From Mobula hypostoma (Eukaryota), in assembly GCF_963921235.1 (NCBI RefSeq), contig NC_086097.1:73410001-73474000 (forward strand): a DNA stretch of 64,000 bases. Direction: 5' to 3'. The position numbers and the translations under genes are program-made. The stretch's first letter is position 1, and each line of letters opens with the position of its first letter. A model generated the notes under the pieces. It was not told where the DNA came from. It worked only from the letters and a program-made list of their open reading frames with translations, and searched no databases. Shown here one piece after another: positions 12,398 through 26,000 of the stretch.

Positions 12398-13599
12398 ACT
12401 TGATTCTCTTTATTAATTTAATTTGTTAAAATAAAAACTAAATACCTTTCTATAGCTCTGACACATAAGCCCCAATCCCACAGGCTTTGTTGGTTTTTCT
12501 CATGTTGATGTAAATGTGAGCATATGCCTGTTTCTTGTGAAAATAATATACATTTTCACAGTATTAATGCAGATTAACACTGCCTGTAATTTAGTAATTA
12601 CCAGTAATTCAGTGAACTGCCTGGCTAGACTATTATGAACTGCAGCTGTCTAATTGCTTTTGGTGCTGAAACCATGTTCTCCAGGGGTTTTCATCCCTTT
12701 CTAACAGCCTCACATGAACAAATTATACCACATTTTAGCCTCTGAATCCTTCCAGACTGAGTGTGCTCCAAGTAACAAAGGGTCCTTAATTAAGTCCTGA
12801 TTTGTGTTTATGAAGAAGCATCAACATGTGTTCTCATTCATTAAGGTCCTGCTTCTTGTTTTTCCAACATGGTCTTTCCGAATGTCTAAAGTAGATATTC
12901 AGGCTCGTCGGAGGGGAGGCAGGAAGATACTACCAGGTTGCTGATCAATGAGCTGTGAAAACAGCAAGGAAGCCTGTTATTATGTTTTTTGATGTGGACA
13001 AGGCATAGCTTAAAATTTCGCAGGAAAGAAATAAGATGGCTGTTCAATGGAACATAATGCAAAAGCAGTGTAACACCAGGGGATGTCATTAAAAGTAAAA
13101 GAAACCATAAGGAAACTTGATCTTTAGAATGTTTATTTTTAACTATTCATTGGCTGCCATCTAGTGTAGAAAATGCCATGCCAATTAATGCATTCACAGA
13201 GTCAAGCAGTTTATTCTATTAATCATTACTAATTATATCTGAATTCCATGTTTCTTAAAAACCTGTTAAAATCACATTAAAACTATGCTAAGTTTTGTGT
13301 GTGTGGACAATAACTGTCTCCTCAATTTGTACCAGAGTGCACGTAACCAGAAACAATTTCATTTTAAACCTGCTGAATTACTCCACTGTTTTGTGTGCTG
13401 CTCCAGATTTCAGCATCTGTGGTCTCTTGTGTTTCCACTTTCATATTCATGTTTGTCACCAAAATGATCACAAATCCCTTGATCAGAATGCTCTCTTACT
13501 TACACAGCAGAACAGAACAGGGCATAAACTGATCCACTTTTGTTTGGTCAGGCTACCTCAATTTTTTGAAAGGCACATGCAAGAGCTGGGGGGGGGGGG

Positions 13600-14015
13600 G
13601 GTGCAGGGGAAATATGACCTAAGTGACTTTGACTGTGGAACAATTGTTGGTGCCAGACTGGGTGGTTTGAGTATCTCAGAACTGCTGATCTCACATACAG
13701 CAATCTCCAGAGTATACAGAGAATGGTGCAAAAAAAACCAAAAAACATCAATTGAGCAGCAGTTCTGTGGGCAAAATTGCCTTATTAACGAGAGAGGTCA
13801 GAGGAGAATGATTAGATTGGTCCAAGCTGACTCAGGAAGTTGACAGTAACTCACATAGCAACACTTCACAACAGTGATGTGCAGAAGAGCATCTCCTAAA
13901 CTTACAATACATTGAACCTTCAATTGAATGGGGTACAACAGCAAAGACCACGATTATGCACTCAGTGGCCTCTTTATTAGGTACAGGAGGTCGTTAATAA
14001 AATGATCACTGAGTT
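13600..14015 (+). mobile_element. Tc1/mariner-derived non-autonomous element, partial
   Basis: DLSDFDCGTIVGARLGGLSIS...TAISRVYREW Tc1 HTH remnant; terminal TIR pair at 13959-14015; same family as 48821-50081. Confidence 0.75.
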
Positions 14016-14869
14016 TACAAGCTTGGTAATGTTAAATTGCAATTATTTCAATCTACAGTTTCCTTCAGTCTTGATAGAGGTTTGATGATTTCTCTATATT
14101 TCCATTTGACATCTGGGAGGAGAAGATCTGGTTAAGTTATCCAAATCACTGGATATTTTTGAGGTAATTTAAAGAAGATGGTGACCAACATGCGGCTGCA
14201 TTTGAGTTTGCATTTGCAGAATACTGTGTCATGAGAGTCTGTCAATAAACTTTAATGCTGTCTTCCTCCTCTGTAATATAAGTTCTCTTAAGGTTACTTC
14301 AGCAGAAGCAGATCATTATATTTAAAATATAACCTTTCTGCTATTATACCTAAGAAGTGTAGCTGTTGTTTTATATTCCCTATTGTTTAGCCTGAATGGT
14401 TTTGATGAAGCAAAACCAATTGCTGAGTGTATTATATTTAATGAAAGCCCTTGCCTACTTTTGTGCAATTTCTGTTTGTTTTTATTTTGCTATTTCAATA
14501 TCTTCTCCCTCCAAATATGTTGCACTGTTCCCTGGATAGAGGAGTGGGTAGATGATGTACTCCCTGAGCTCTTCATTAAACAGCTATTAAGAGTGTTGAA
14601 ACAGGGGGTGAGTCATCTGCCAGTTTTGACTCTCCCTTTTTTCATACAGCAAAATCTTCAGCCAAAGCTTAATAACGTTCTCTGTCCATGTTCCGGTTTG
14701 TAAACTCATCTATCCCATTCACTGTCATTGTACCACTAACTTGCCAACGGCCTGCTCCAAACTTCTAATATGTTGGACATTTTTCCTCAATGCACTAAAT
14801 ACTTTTGTATGTTTTTGCCTTTAATTCCAGTACATTTCTCCTCTTAGTAATTTAGATTACAATCAAGAA

Positions 14870-15070
14870 ATGAAAGTTGAAATGTGAGAAATCCTTAGCA
14901 AGTCAGGCAGCATTTGTGGAGGGAAAATTGGAGTTACTTTTTGGGTCTGTTGCCTGTCATCAGATAAATGATATTGATGAAAAGTTATCCTCCGGAAACA
15001 TCCTCTCTGCATAGGTTTAGCAGGCTTGCTGAATGTTTACACCATTTTCTATTTTATTTCAAATCCTCAG
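14870..15070. mobile_element. Old inverted pair of Penelope terminal-repeat fragments
   Basis: TAGCAAGTCAGGCAGCAT...TCATCAG followed by TTGATGAAAAG...GAAAC...GCTTGCTGAATG, a degenerate mirror of the pLTR motif. Confidence 0.5.
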
Positions 15071-15180
15071 CAGATGTGCTCTTGATTTTCAATAACAAAA
15101 TGTAAGTCTGTTGAATTTAACTGCAAATCGGAAAAAAATAAAAGGGCGGGGAAGAAAAATGAATGATTATTTGAAAGCTT

Positions 15181-15235
15181 GATTTCACCAGTGACATTGA
15201 TGAATGGATTTCACCAGTGACATTGATGAATGGAT
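15181..15235. repeat. Perfect 26-bp tandem duplication
   Basis: GATTTCACCAGTGACATTGATGAATG twice, plus GAT. Confidence 0.95.
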
Positions 15236-15344
15236 CTGCGCCTTAGATTTGACATCAAACATATTTTTCTGTTTACAACTTTAATTTCTTCCTTGTTTCA
15301 CTGGGTCGGGATCATTGGTATGTGGACACAAGTACAAAAATTGT

Positions 15345-17520
15345 TCGGTAGGTTTCAATGAGATCGCCCATCGTTCTAAACTTCAGTGACTACAGGTCCA
15401 GATCCATCAAATATTCATCATACATTAACTCTACCAACCCAACTGCAATGTTAACCTTCAGGGAATCCTGCACTAGGACTTCCAAGTCCCTTTGCACCTC
15501 CGATTCCTGAATTTATTACCTGTTTAGAAAATAGCTTATGTATTTATTCCCTATACCAAAGTACATGACCTTATACTTCCCTATACTGTAACTGAATTCC
15601 ATCTGCCAGTTCTTTGCCCTTTCTTCTAGTCTGTCCAGAACCGTCTGCCAACTTCCTGCTTCTTTAACACTACCTGCTCCGCCACCTATATCTGTCTCTT
15701 CTGCAAACTTGGTCATCAGTTCTGTCATCCAGATCATTAACGTACAACATGAAAAGCAAGAGATGTAACACTGACCTCTGTGGAACACCACTAGTCACTG
15801 GCAGCCAAGCAGAAAGGCATCCTTTATTCTCTCTCATTGCCATCTTCCCATCTTCTGTCCATCTTGTGGGCTGTTACCTTGTCAGGCAGCCTTATGTGCA
15901 GCACTTTGTCAAAGGCCTTCTGAAAATCCAAGTAAACAACATCCACTCACTCTCCTTCATCCATTCTACCTATTATTCTTTAAAAAATTCCAACATATTT
16001 GCTAGACAAGATTTCCCCTTCAGTAAACTATGCTGACTTTGGCCTATTTTACTGTGTGCCTCTAAGAACCCCAAAACATCATCCTTGATAATGGACTCTA
16101 ACATCTTGCCAACCACAGAGTCAGATTAACTGCCCTATAATTTCAAGTCTTTTGTCTCCCTCCCTTCTTAAAGAGTGGAGTGACATTTGGGACTTTCCAC
16201 TCATTTACGGACCTTTCCAGAATCTAAAGATTCTTGAAAGTTCACTACTAATGCCTCTACAATCTCTTCAGCTATCTCTTTCAAAACCCTGGGATGTAGT
16301 CCATCTGGTCCTTGTGTCTTTCTACCTTCAGACCTTTTAGCTTCCCAAGCAACTTCACTTTAGTAAGAGCAACTACATTCACTTCTGTCCCCAACAGTCT
16401 CAAAATTCTGGCATGCTGCTGGTGTCTTCCACAGTGAAAACTGACAGCAAATACTATTTCATTTCATCCAACATTTTCTTGTTCTACATTACTACTTCTC
16501 CAGCATCATTTTCCAGCAGTCTGATGTCAACTGTTGGCTCTCTTTTACCCTTTATATGTCTGGAAAAAAAACTTTTATTTTCTTCTTTTACAGGCTAGCT
16601 TACCTTCATATTACACCTTTTCTCTCCTTTGGCTTTTTAAAATTGCCTTCTGTTGGCTTTTAAAAGCTTAACAATCTTCTAGCTTCCCACTAGATTATGC
16701 TATACTGTATGTCCTCTTTGCTTTTGTGCATTACTGCTCTACTGTCATCCCTGCTAGTGTCCCCTTCCAAATAACTTTGGGCAGCTCCTCTCTTATGCCT
16801 GATAAGTTGCCTTTACTTAAGTAACTATACATCTGTTTTTAGTTTCTTCCTCTCAAACTGCTGGGTAAGTTCTATCATGCACACTGCCTCCTAAGGGTTC
16901 CTTTACCTTAAGCTTACTAATCATATTTGGTCCATTGCACAATACCCAAACCATAACTGCGTTTTCTCTGGACAAGCTGTTCTAAAAAGCTATCTTGTAC
17001 ACATTCCATATATTCCTTCTCTTGGGATCCAGCACCAACCTTATTTTCCCAATCTGCCTGCATACTGAACCCACACCCCCCAGTCCTTGTTCATCATAGC
17101 ATTGCTCCTATCTCCCATTGTAGTTTGTACGTCACATCCTGGCTACTGTTCGGAGTCTTGTATATAACTCCATTCAGGGTCTTTTACTTGGCAGTTCTTC
17201 AAATCTACCCACAAGGGTTCTGCATCTTCTGATCCTATGTTACTTCTTTCAAAGGTTTTGGTATCTTTTTTACCAAAATAACCTCCCACAATCTCTGCCT
17301 ACCTACCTACCTGCATGTCCTTTGTTTACGATATGTTTCCTTGACTGTTAAGCTCCCTGCTGTGATCTTCTTTCAGCCATGACTCTGTGATGACCACAGC
17401 ATCATACCTACCAATTCCTAGCTGCGCTGCAAGATTATCTGCCTCATTTTTTATACTACGTGCATTCAAAATAACACCTTCAGTCCTGTATTTACCACCT
17501 TTCTTTTCAATTGTGTCTCA
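15345..17520 (-). mobile_element. Long decayed CR1 LINE, endonuclease to RT, internally deleted
   Basis: SGVPQRSV, TKFAEET and VVYLDFQKAFDKV remnants on the minus strand; LNARSI endonuclease start near 17460. Confidence 0.8.
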
Positions 17521-18689
17521 ATGTTGCCGGAAGATGTCACTTCATGTCTCTTTTGAGATATTGCAAAACAATTGTTTTTCCTTTTGAGCTGTAATGTACT
17601 GAAATGTAAATTAGTTATTTGTAGCAAGTTGTGTACAGCTTAGACAACTACTTGGTGCACTGAATCATCCTGATATTATTTATGAAATGCCATAAGCAAA
17701 CGGGAGAGTTTTTTGCTGCTCCTTCATGTAGTGTTTCCACTGAAAACATACCTGAGTAAGAACAAAAAATGTTGAAAATAGACTTTTAAGGCATTAATTT
17801 GCAAAACCAAAGAATATTGACTGCTTGTTTTGATTGTGCAGACCTTTCGGATTTTGGTTCAGCTGAGATGATGTCCCAAGAACTGATATAATTATAAGCA
17901 ACTGGTACATTGTCACTTTATAATTTAGGGAACTAGGTTTGTGACTTTAATTTTAAACTTGTGCAGTGATGTGGCGAGGCTCTGTAACTATTCATTTTGG
18001 CCCATTGAAACCAGTTGAAAAGCTGACAAGCTAATTTTCCAATACCAGTTCCCCTCAAACCTCGTACTTTACAGTGTAACAAATAGAAGTTTGGGTTGCT
18101 TTGAAATGCGGAGTCCTGTTGATTTGCTAACAGAACCTGAGCATTAGTGGTGAGCGGTAAAAGTGGGAAGAGAAAGGGATCGACAGCACTACCTGCTGTG
18201 GGGGTATTGGGGAAAGAGTTTGGTGATATACTGCATTCAGTGTTCATTGCAGATTTGATGACTACTTAGTGCAGCGTCTACACTTGGGCTGCAGGGATGA
18301 TGCTGAGTTTCACATGCCTGCCACTTTAATTAATCATCCCACTCCTACTGTGACTCCCTTTTCTGTGGCTTTCTGCACTGTTACAATTGGGCTGTAAGCA
18401 AGGTAGAGGGACAATGTTTTATATTCCAACTGGGCACATTGCAGCCTTCAGGGATCAGTGTAGGATTCTCCAACATTCACACTTTTTCTGTTTGTATAAG
18501 AACTGACTATTTTTACATGCAGTCCTTTATTTTATTTACATATTCTCGTCTGCTAGCCCTTCCCAATAGGGCAAACTATAGGGAGCATTTAACAGACTAC
18601 ATAATGTTAGCTATAATTTACATAGACAAACTTAATATGGTCTTAACAGCTTAATAATTTCATCCTATTAGAGAAATTCCCATTGATCC

Positions 18690-18965
18690 ACCCTTCATCT
18701 TCTCCCACCTTCTCTGCTACCTAGATTAACTCTCTTCTCAGTTCAGTGAAGAACCCCAGGCATGAAATGTTAACGGATTCTTTTACCTCTGATGCATCTG
18801 GTTTGCTGAGTTTCTGAGCATTTTTGTTGTGATAATCAAAATTAAAATTGCAGATGTTAGAATTCTCAAATAAAGCAAAAATTACTGGAAATACTCAGCA
18901 GGTCAAGTCATATCTGTGGAAAGGAACAGCTAATATTTCAGGTCGGAGACCTTTTGTTGGACCTG
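18690..18965. mobile_element. Two old Penelope terminal-repeat fragments in opposite orientation
   Basis: TTGCTGAGTTTCTGAGCATTTTT on plus, then TGCAGATGTTAGAA...CTGGAAATACTCAGCAGGTCA as a minus-strand copy. Confidence 0.5.
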
Positions 18966-19152
18966 AGAAAAGAAGCAAATTAAGGTGTAAGTAAGGTTAG
19001 GAAGGGGATTTCTCTGATGGGGTAAGAATGGGATGATCAGGGGAATAAGCTATAAATAAGGTTATCTGGTCATTAGGTGAGTGGAAACAGGGTGAAATCC
19101 TTAATCCTAAATTTAGGATTCTTAATTCTTATAAATCCTAAATAGCATTCTT

Positions 19153-19742
19153 ACAACTATATCAGGTAAATTTGAGGCTGGCTTGTAAACAAATATGGCC
19201 TAGCCCTTCTTAATTGGCTGAAGCTCACTAGCACCCTGGGGAAGGCAGGAGATGGGGAGTCGAGAATCTCCTTGGATTCAGTGGGCAGCATGTGTAGTAA
19301 GACAGCAGCTGCCTAAGAACTGCCAGAGGGGTCCACATTAAGGCAAGGCCTGTGGCCTTGCCTTGTTTTGCTTGATCTTACCTTGATGACCCAATTTTCA
19401 AGGTCACAAGTGGCAGCCACTTATTTGGGACAACGCTTAAAGAACAAAAACTAATTGAGAAAGTAGCCAGGATTCCCTTCATTTATTTGAGACAGTTTGT
19501 GCTGAAGGGTCTTGGCCCAAGACGTCAACTGTACTTTTTCTATAGATGCTACCTGGCCTGCTGAGTTCCTCCAGCATTTTGTGTGTGTTGCTTGAATGTC
19601 CAGCATCTGTAGATTTTCTCTTCTGTGTGATTGTCTTTTTTACCTTTTTAACTATTTCCATGAAATTGGCTAATTGGAGCAGCTGCTTAATTGGGTCAAA
19701 ATGTACTGGCCCCTATGTGCCCCAATTAACCAAAATGCACTG
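19153..19742. mobile_element. pogo/Tigger-like MITE interrupted by a Penelope terminus
   Basis: Repeated TAATTGG/CCAATTA subterminal motifs; right end ...CCCCAATTAACCAAAATGCACTG; left end is degenerate. Confidence 0.45.
19497..19625 (+). mobile_element. Short Penelope terminal-repeat insertion with decayed hammerhead motif
   Basis: GCTGAAGGGTCTTGGCCCAAGACGTCAACTG...CCTGGCCTGCTGAGTTCCTCCAGCATTTTGTGTG. Confidence 0.75.
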
Positions 19743-20062
19743 CACACCACAAAGTTAGAAACAGAGTTGAAATGCAAACAAGTGAAATGTTATGTTAAAC
19801 TATTATTTAAACTGCAGGCTACGCAGCCACATAGTTTGATTTCCACCCCTTGTGATTTATGAGCTTGACATATACCTACAGCGCCAGAGTTTTGACTTGA
19901 AACTAACAACTTCTGATGATATTCTCACCTCCGAACATCAAAATAACTGACATTTGCACTTTAATTTATCTTTCAGATGCTCTGTCTGTGAAAGAAGCAT
20001 TTCTGTCAGGGTTTGAGCAAAAGAACCCCTTTACCAGACAAGATTAGTGGACTTTCCCTTTA

Positions 20063-23000
20063 TGTCATAAGGTGGTGGCTGGGAACGGACCCAAGTGCAA
20101 GACACAGACACTGAAGTACTAGGGACAGGACGAGGATACAGGGCGATGGCAAGGACATGGACAGGAAAAGCAGGAACCTGGAACAGGACTGAACAAGAGA
20201 GCTAGGAGCCCAGGCTTGGACTCCGAGCCAGAGACTGGACAAGGACCCAGTACCTGGGTCTTGCCTCTGGCTCGGACCCCAGAACTAGGCAAGGTCAAGG
20301 CTTGGCAGGCAGGCAGGACGAAGCAGAATTCTACAGGCTAGAAGCTTGAGGCTAGAGACTAGGCTTGGCTTGGCAAGAGGCTGGAGGCGGGAGATGAGGC
20401 GAGGCTGGGGCTGGAGGCGAGAGACGAGGCGAGGCTGGGGCTGGAGGCGGGAGACGAGGCGAGGCTGGGGCTGGAGGCGGGAGACGAGGCGAGGCTGGGG
20501 CTGGAGGCGGGAGACGAGGCGAGGCTGGGGCTGGAGGCGGGAGACGAGGCGAGGCTGGGGCTGGAGGCGGGAGACGAGGCGGGGCTGGAGGCGGGAGGCG
20601 AGGCTGGGGCTGGAGGCGGGAGACGAGGCGAGGCTGGGGCTGGAGGCGGGAGACGAGGCGAGGCTGGGGCTGGAGGCGGGAGGCGAGGCGGGGCTGGGGC
20701 TGGAGGCGGGAGGCGAGGCGAGGCTGGGGCTGGAGGCGGGAGACGAGGCTGGGGCGGGAGGCGAGGCGGGGCTGGAGGTGGGAGACGAGGCGAGGCTGGG
20801 GCTGGAGGCGGGAGACGAGGCGAGGCTGGGGCTGGAGGCGGGAGACGAGGCGAGGCTGGGGCTGGAGGCGGGAGACGAGGCGGGGCTGGAGGCGGGAGAC
20901 GAGGCTGGGGCTGGAGGCGAGGCTGGGGCTGGAGGCGGGAGACGAGGCGAGGCTGGGGCTGGAGGCGGGAGACGAGGCGAGGCTGGGGCTGGAGGCGGGA
21001 GACGAGGCGAGGCTGGGGCTGGAGGCGGGAGACAAGGCGAGGCGGGAGACGAGGCGAGGCTGGGGCTGGAGGCGGGAGGCGAGGCTGGGGCTGGAGGCGA
21101 GGCTGGGGCTGGAGGCGGGAGACGAGGCGAGGCTGGGGCTGGAGGTGGGAGACGAGGCGAGGCTGGGGCTGGAGGCGGGAGACGAGGCGAGGCTGGGGCT
21201 GGAGGCGGGAGACGAGGCGAGGCTGGGGCTGGAGGCGGGAGACGAGGCGAGGCTGGGGCTGGAGGAGGGAGACGAGGCGAGGCTGGGGCTGGAGGCGGGA
21301 GGCGGGGCTGGAGGCGGGAGGCGGGGCTGGAGGCGGGAGACGAGGCGAGGCTGGGGCTGGAGGTGGGAGACGAGGCGAGGCTGGGGCTGGAGGCAAGGCT
21401 GGGGCTGGAGGCGGGAGACGAGGCGAGGCTGGGGCTGGAGGTGGGAGACGAGGCTGGGGCTGGAGGAGGGAGACGAGGCGAGGCTGGGGCTGGAGGCGGG
21501 AGGCGGGGCTGGAGGCGGGAGACGAGGCGAGGCTGGGGCTGGAGGTGGGAGACGAGGCGAGGCTGGGGCTGGAGGCAAGGCTGGGGCTGGAGGCGGGAGA
21601 CGAGGCGAGGCTGGGGCTGGAGGCGGGAGACGAGGCTGGGGCTGGAGGCGGGAGGCGGGGCTGGGGCTGGAGGCGGGAGGCGAGGCGAGGCTGGGGCTGG
21701 AGGCGGGAGACGAGGCGAGGCTGGGGCTGGAGGCGGGAGGCGAGGTGGGGCTGGAGGCGGGAGACGAGGCGAGGCTGGGGCTGGAGGCGGGAGACGAGGC
21801 GAGGCTGGGGCTGGAGGCGGGAGACGAGGCGAGGCTGGGGCTGGAGGCGGGAGACGAGGCGAGGCTGGGGCTGGAGGCGGGAGACGAGGCTGGGGCTGGA
21901 GGCGGGAGACGAGGCGAGGCTGGGGCTGGAGGCGGGAGACGAGGCGAGGCTGGGGCTGGAGGCGGGAGACGAGGCGAGGCTGGGGCTGGAGGCGGGAGAC
22001 GAGGCGGGGCTGGAGGCGGGAGGCGAGGCTGGGGCTGGAGGCGGGAGACGAGGCGAGGCTGGAGGCGGGAGACGAGGCGAGGCTGGGGCTGGAGGCGGGA
22101 GACGAGGCGAGGCTGGGGCTGGAGGCGGGAGACGAGGCGAGGCTGGGGCTGGAGGCGGGAGACAAGGCGAGGCGGGAGACGAGGCGAGGCTGGGGCTGGA
22201 GGCGGGAGGCGCGGCTGGGGCTGGAGGCGGGAGGCGAGGCTGGGGCTGGAGGCGAGGCTGGGGCTGGAGGCGGGAGACGAGGCGAGGCTGGGGCTGGAGG
22301 TGGGAGACGAGGCGAGGCTGGGGCTGGAGGCGGGAGACGAGGCGAGGCTGGGGCTGGAGGCGGGAGACGAGGCAAGGCTGGGGCTGGAGGAGGGAGACGA
22401 GGCGAGGCTGGGGCTGGAGGCGGGAGGCGGGGCTGGAGGCGGGAGACGAGGCGAGGCTGGGGCTGGAGGTGGGAGACGAGGCGAGGCTGGGGCTGGAGGC
22501 AAGGCTGGGGCTGGAGGCGGGAGACGAGGCGAGGCTGGGGCTGGAGGCGGGAGACGAGGCTGGGGCTGGAGGAGGGAGACGAGGCGAGGCTGGGGCTGGA
22601 GGCGGGAGGCGGGGCTGGAGGCGGGAGACGAGGCGAGGCTGGGGCTGGAGGTGGGAGACGAGGCGAGGCTGGGGCTGGAGGCGAGGCTGGGGCTGGAGGC
22701 GGGAGACGAGGCGAGGCTGGGGCTGGAGGTGGGAGACGAGGCGAGGCTGGGGCTGGAGGCGGGAGACGAGGCGAGGCTGGGGCTGGAGGCGGGAGACGAG
22801 GCAAGGCTGGGGCTGGAGGAGGGAGACGAGGCGAGGCTGGGGCTGGAGGCGGGAGGCGGGGCTGGAGGCGGGAGACGAGGCGAGGCTGGGGCTGGAGGTG
22901 GGAGACGAGGCGAGGCTGGGGCTGGAGGCAAGGCTGGGGCTGGAGGCGGGAGACGAGGCGAGGCTGGGGCTGGAGGCGGGAGACGAGGCTGGGGCTGGAG

Positions 23001-26000
23001 GAGGGAGACGAGGCGAGGCTGGGGCTGGAGGCGGGAGGCGGGGCTGGAGGCGGGAGACGAGGCGAGGCTGGGGCTGGAGGTGGGAGACGAGGCGAGGCTG
23101 GGGCTGGAGGCAAGGCTGGGGCTGGAGGCGGGAGACGAGGCGAGGCTGGGGCTGGAGGCGGGAGACGAGGCTGGGGCTGGAGGCGGGAGACGAGGCGAGG
23201 CTGGGGCTGGAGGCGGGAGACGAGGCGAGGCTGGGGCTGGAGGCGGGAGGCGGGAGGCGAGGCTGGGGCTGGAGGCGGGAGGCGAGGCTGGGGCTGGAGG
23301 CGGGAGACGAGGTGAGGCTGGGGCTGGAGGCGGGAGGCGAGGCGGGAGACGAGGTGAGGCTGGGGCTGGAGGCGGGAGGCGGGGCTGGAGGCGGGAGACG
23401 AGGCGAGGCTGGGGCTGGAGGCGGGAGGCGGGGCTGGAGGCGGGAGACGAGGCGAGGCTGGGGCGGGAGACGAGGCGAGGCTGGGGCGGGAGGCGAGGCG
23501 AGGCTGGGGCTGGAGGCGGGAGGCGAGGCTGGGGCTGGAAGAGGCTGGGGCTGGCGGCGGGAGGCGGGGCGAGGCTGGGGCGGGAGGCGAGGCTGGGGCT
23601 GGAGGCGGGAGACGAGGCGAGGCTGGGGCTGGAGGCGGGAGACGAGGCGAGGCTGGGGCTGGAGGCGGGAGGCGAGGCGGGGCTGGGGCTGGAGGCGGGA
23701 GGCGAGGCGAGGCTGGGGCTGGAGGCGGGAGACGAGGCTGGGGCGGGAGGCGAGGCGGGGCTGGAGGCGGGAGACGAGGCGAGGCTGGGGCTGGAGGCGG
23801 GAGACGAGGCGAGGCTGGGGCTGGAGGCGGGAGACGAGGCGAGGCTGGGGCTGGAGGCGGGAGACGAGGCGGGGCTGGAGGCGGGAGACGAGGCTGGGGC
23901 TGGAGGCGAGGCTGGGGCTGGAGGCGGGAGACGAGGCGAGGCTGGGGCTGGAGGCGGGAGACGAGGCGAGGCTGGGGCTGGAGGCGGGAGACGAGGCGAG
24001 GCTGGGGCTGGAGGCGGGAGACAAGGCGAGGCGGGAGACGAGGCGAGGCTGGGGCTGGAGGCGGGAGGCGAGGCTGGGGCTGGAGGCGAGGCTGGGGCTG
24101 GAGGCGGGAGACGAGGCGAGGCTGGGGCTGGAGGTGGGAGACGAGGCGAGGCTGGGGCTGGAGGCGGGAGACGAGGCGAGGCTGGGGCTGGAGGCGGGAG
24201 ACGAGGCGAGGCTGGGGCTGGAGGCGGGAGACGAGGCGAGGCTGGGGCTGGAGGAGGGAGACGAGGCGAGGCTGGGGCTGGAGGCGGGAGGCGGGGCTGG
24301 AGGCGGGAGGCGGGGCTGGAGGCGGGAGACGAGGCGAGGCTGGGGCTGGAGGTGGGAGACGAGGCGAGGCTGGGGCTGGAGGCAAGGCTGGGGCTGGAGG
24401 CGGGAGACGAGGCGAGGCTGGGGCTGGAGGTGGGAGACGAGGCTGGGGCTGGAGGAGGGAGACGAGGCGAGGCTGGGGCTGGAGGCGGGAGGCGGGGCTG
24501 GAGGCGGGAGACGAGGCGAGGCTGGGGCTGGAGGTGGGAGACGAGGCGAGGCTGGGGCTGGAGGCAAGGCTGGGGCTGGAGGCGGGAGACGAGGCGAGGC
24601 TGGGGCTGGAGGCGGGAGACGAGGCTGGGGCTGGAGGCGGGAGGCGGGGCTGGGGCTGGAGGCGGGAGGCGAGGCGAGGCTGGGGCTGGAGGCGGGAGAC
24701 GAGGCGAGGCTGGGGCTGGAGGCGGGAGGCGAGGTGGGGCTGGAGGCGGGAGACGAGGCGAGGCTGGGGCTGGAGGCGGGAGACGAGGCGAGGCTGGGGC
24801 TGGAGGCGGGAGACGAGGCGAGGCTGGGGCTGGAGGCGGGAGACGAGGCGAGGCTGGGGCTGGAGGCGGGAGACGAGGCTGGGGCTGGAGGCGGGAGACG
24901 AGGCGAGGCTGGGGCTGGAGGCGGGAGACGAGGCGAGGCTGGGGCTGGAGGCGGGAGACGAGGCGAGGCTGGGGCTGGAGGCGGGAGACGAGGCGGGGCT
25001 GGAGGCGGGAGGCGAGGCTGGGGCTGGAGGCGGGAGACGAGGCGAGGCTGGAGGCGGGAGACGAGGCGAGGCTGGGGCTGGAGGCGGGAGACGAGGCGAG
25101 GCTGGGGCTGGAGGCGGGAGACGAGGCGAGGCTGGGGCTGGAGGCGGGAGACAAGGCGAGGCGGGAGACGAGGCGAGGCTGGGGCTGGAGGCGGGAGGCG
25201 CGGCTGGGGCTGGAGGCGGGAGGCGAGGCTGGGGCTGGAGGCGAGGCTGGGGCTGGAGGCGGGAGACGAGGCGAGGCTGGGGCTGGAGGTGGGAGACGAG
25301 GCGAGGCTGGGGCTGGAGGCGGGAGACGAGGCGAGGCTGGGGCTGGAGGCGGGAGACGAGGCAAGGCTGGGGCTGGAGGAGGGAGACGAGGCGAGGCTGG
25401 GGCTGGAGGCGGGAGGCGGGGCTGGAGGCGGGAGACGAGGCGAGGCTGGGGCTGGAGGTGGGAGACGAGGCGAGGCTGGGGCTGGAGGCAAGGCTGGGGC
25501 TGGAGGCGGGAGACGAGGCGAGGCTGGGGCTGGAGGCGGGAGACGAGGCTGGGGCTGGAGGAGGGAGACGAGGCGAGGCTGGGGCTGGAGGCGGGAGGCG
25601 GGGCTGGAGGCGGGAGACGAGGCGAGGCTGGGGCTGGAGGTGGGAGACGAGGCGAGGCTGGGGCTGGAGGCGAGGCTGGGGCTGGAGGCGGGAGACGAGG
25701 CGAGGCTGGGGCTGGAGGTGGGAGACGAGGCGAGGCTGGGGCTGGAGGCGGGAGACGAGGCGAGGCTGGGGCTGGAGGCGGGAGACGAGGCAAGGCTGGG
25801 GCTGGAGGAGGGAGACGAGGCGAGGCTGGGGCTGGAGGCGGGAGGCGGGGCTGGAGGCGGGAGACGAGGCGAGGCTGGGGCTGGAGGTGGGAGACGAGGC
25901 GAGGCTGGGGCTGGAGGCAAGGCTGGGGCTGGAGGCGGGAGACGAGGCGAGGCTGGGGCTGGAGGCGGGAGACGAGGCTGGGGCTGGAGGAGGGAGACGA

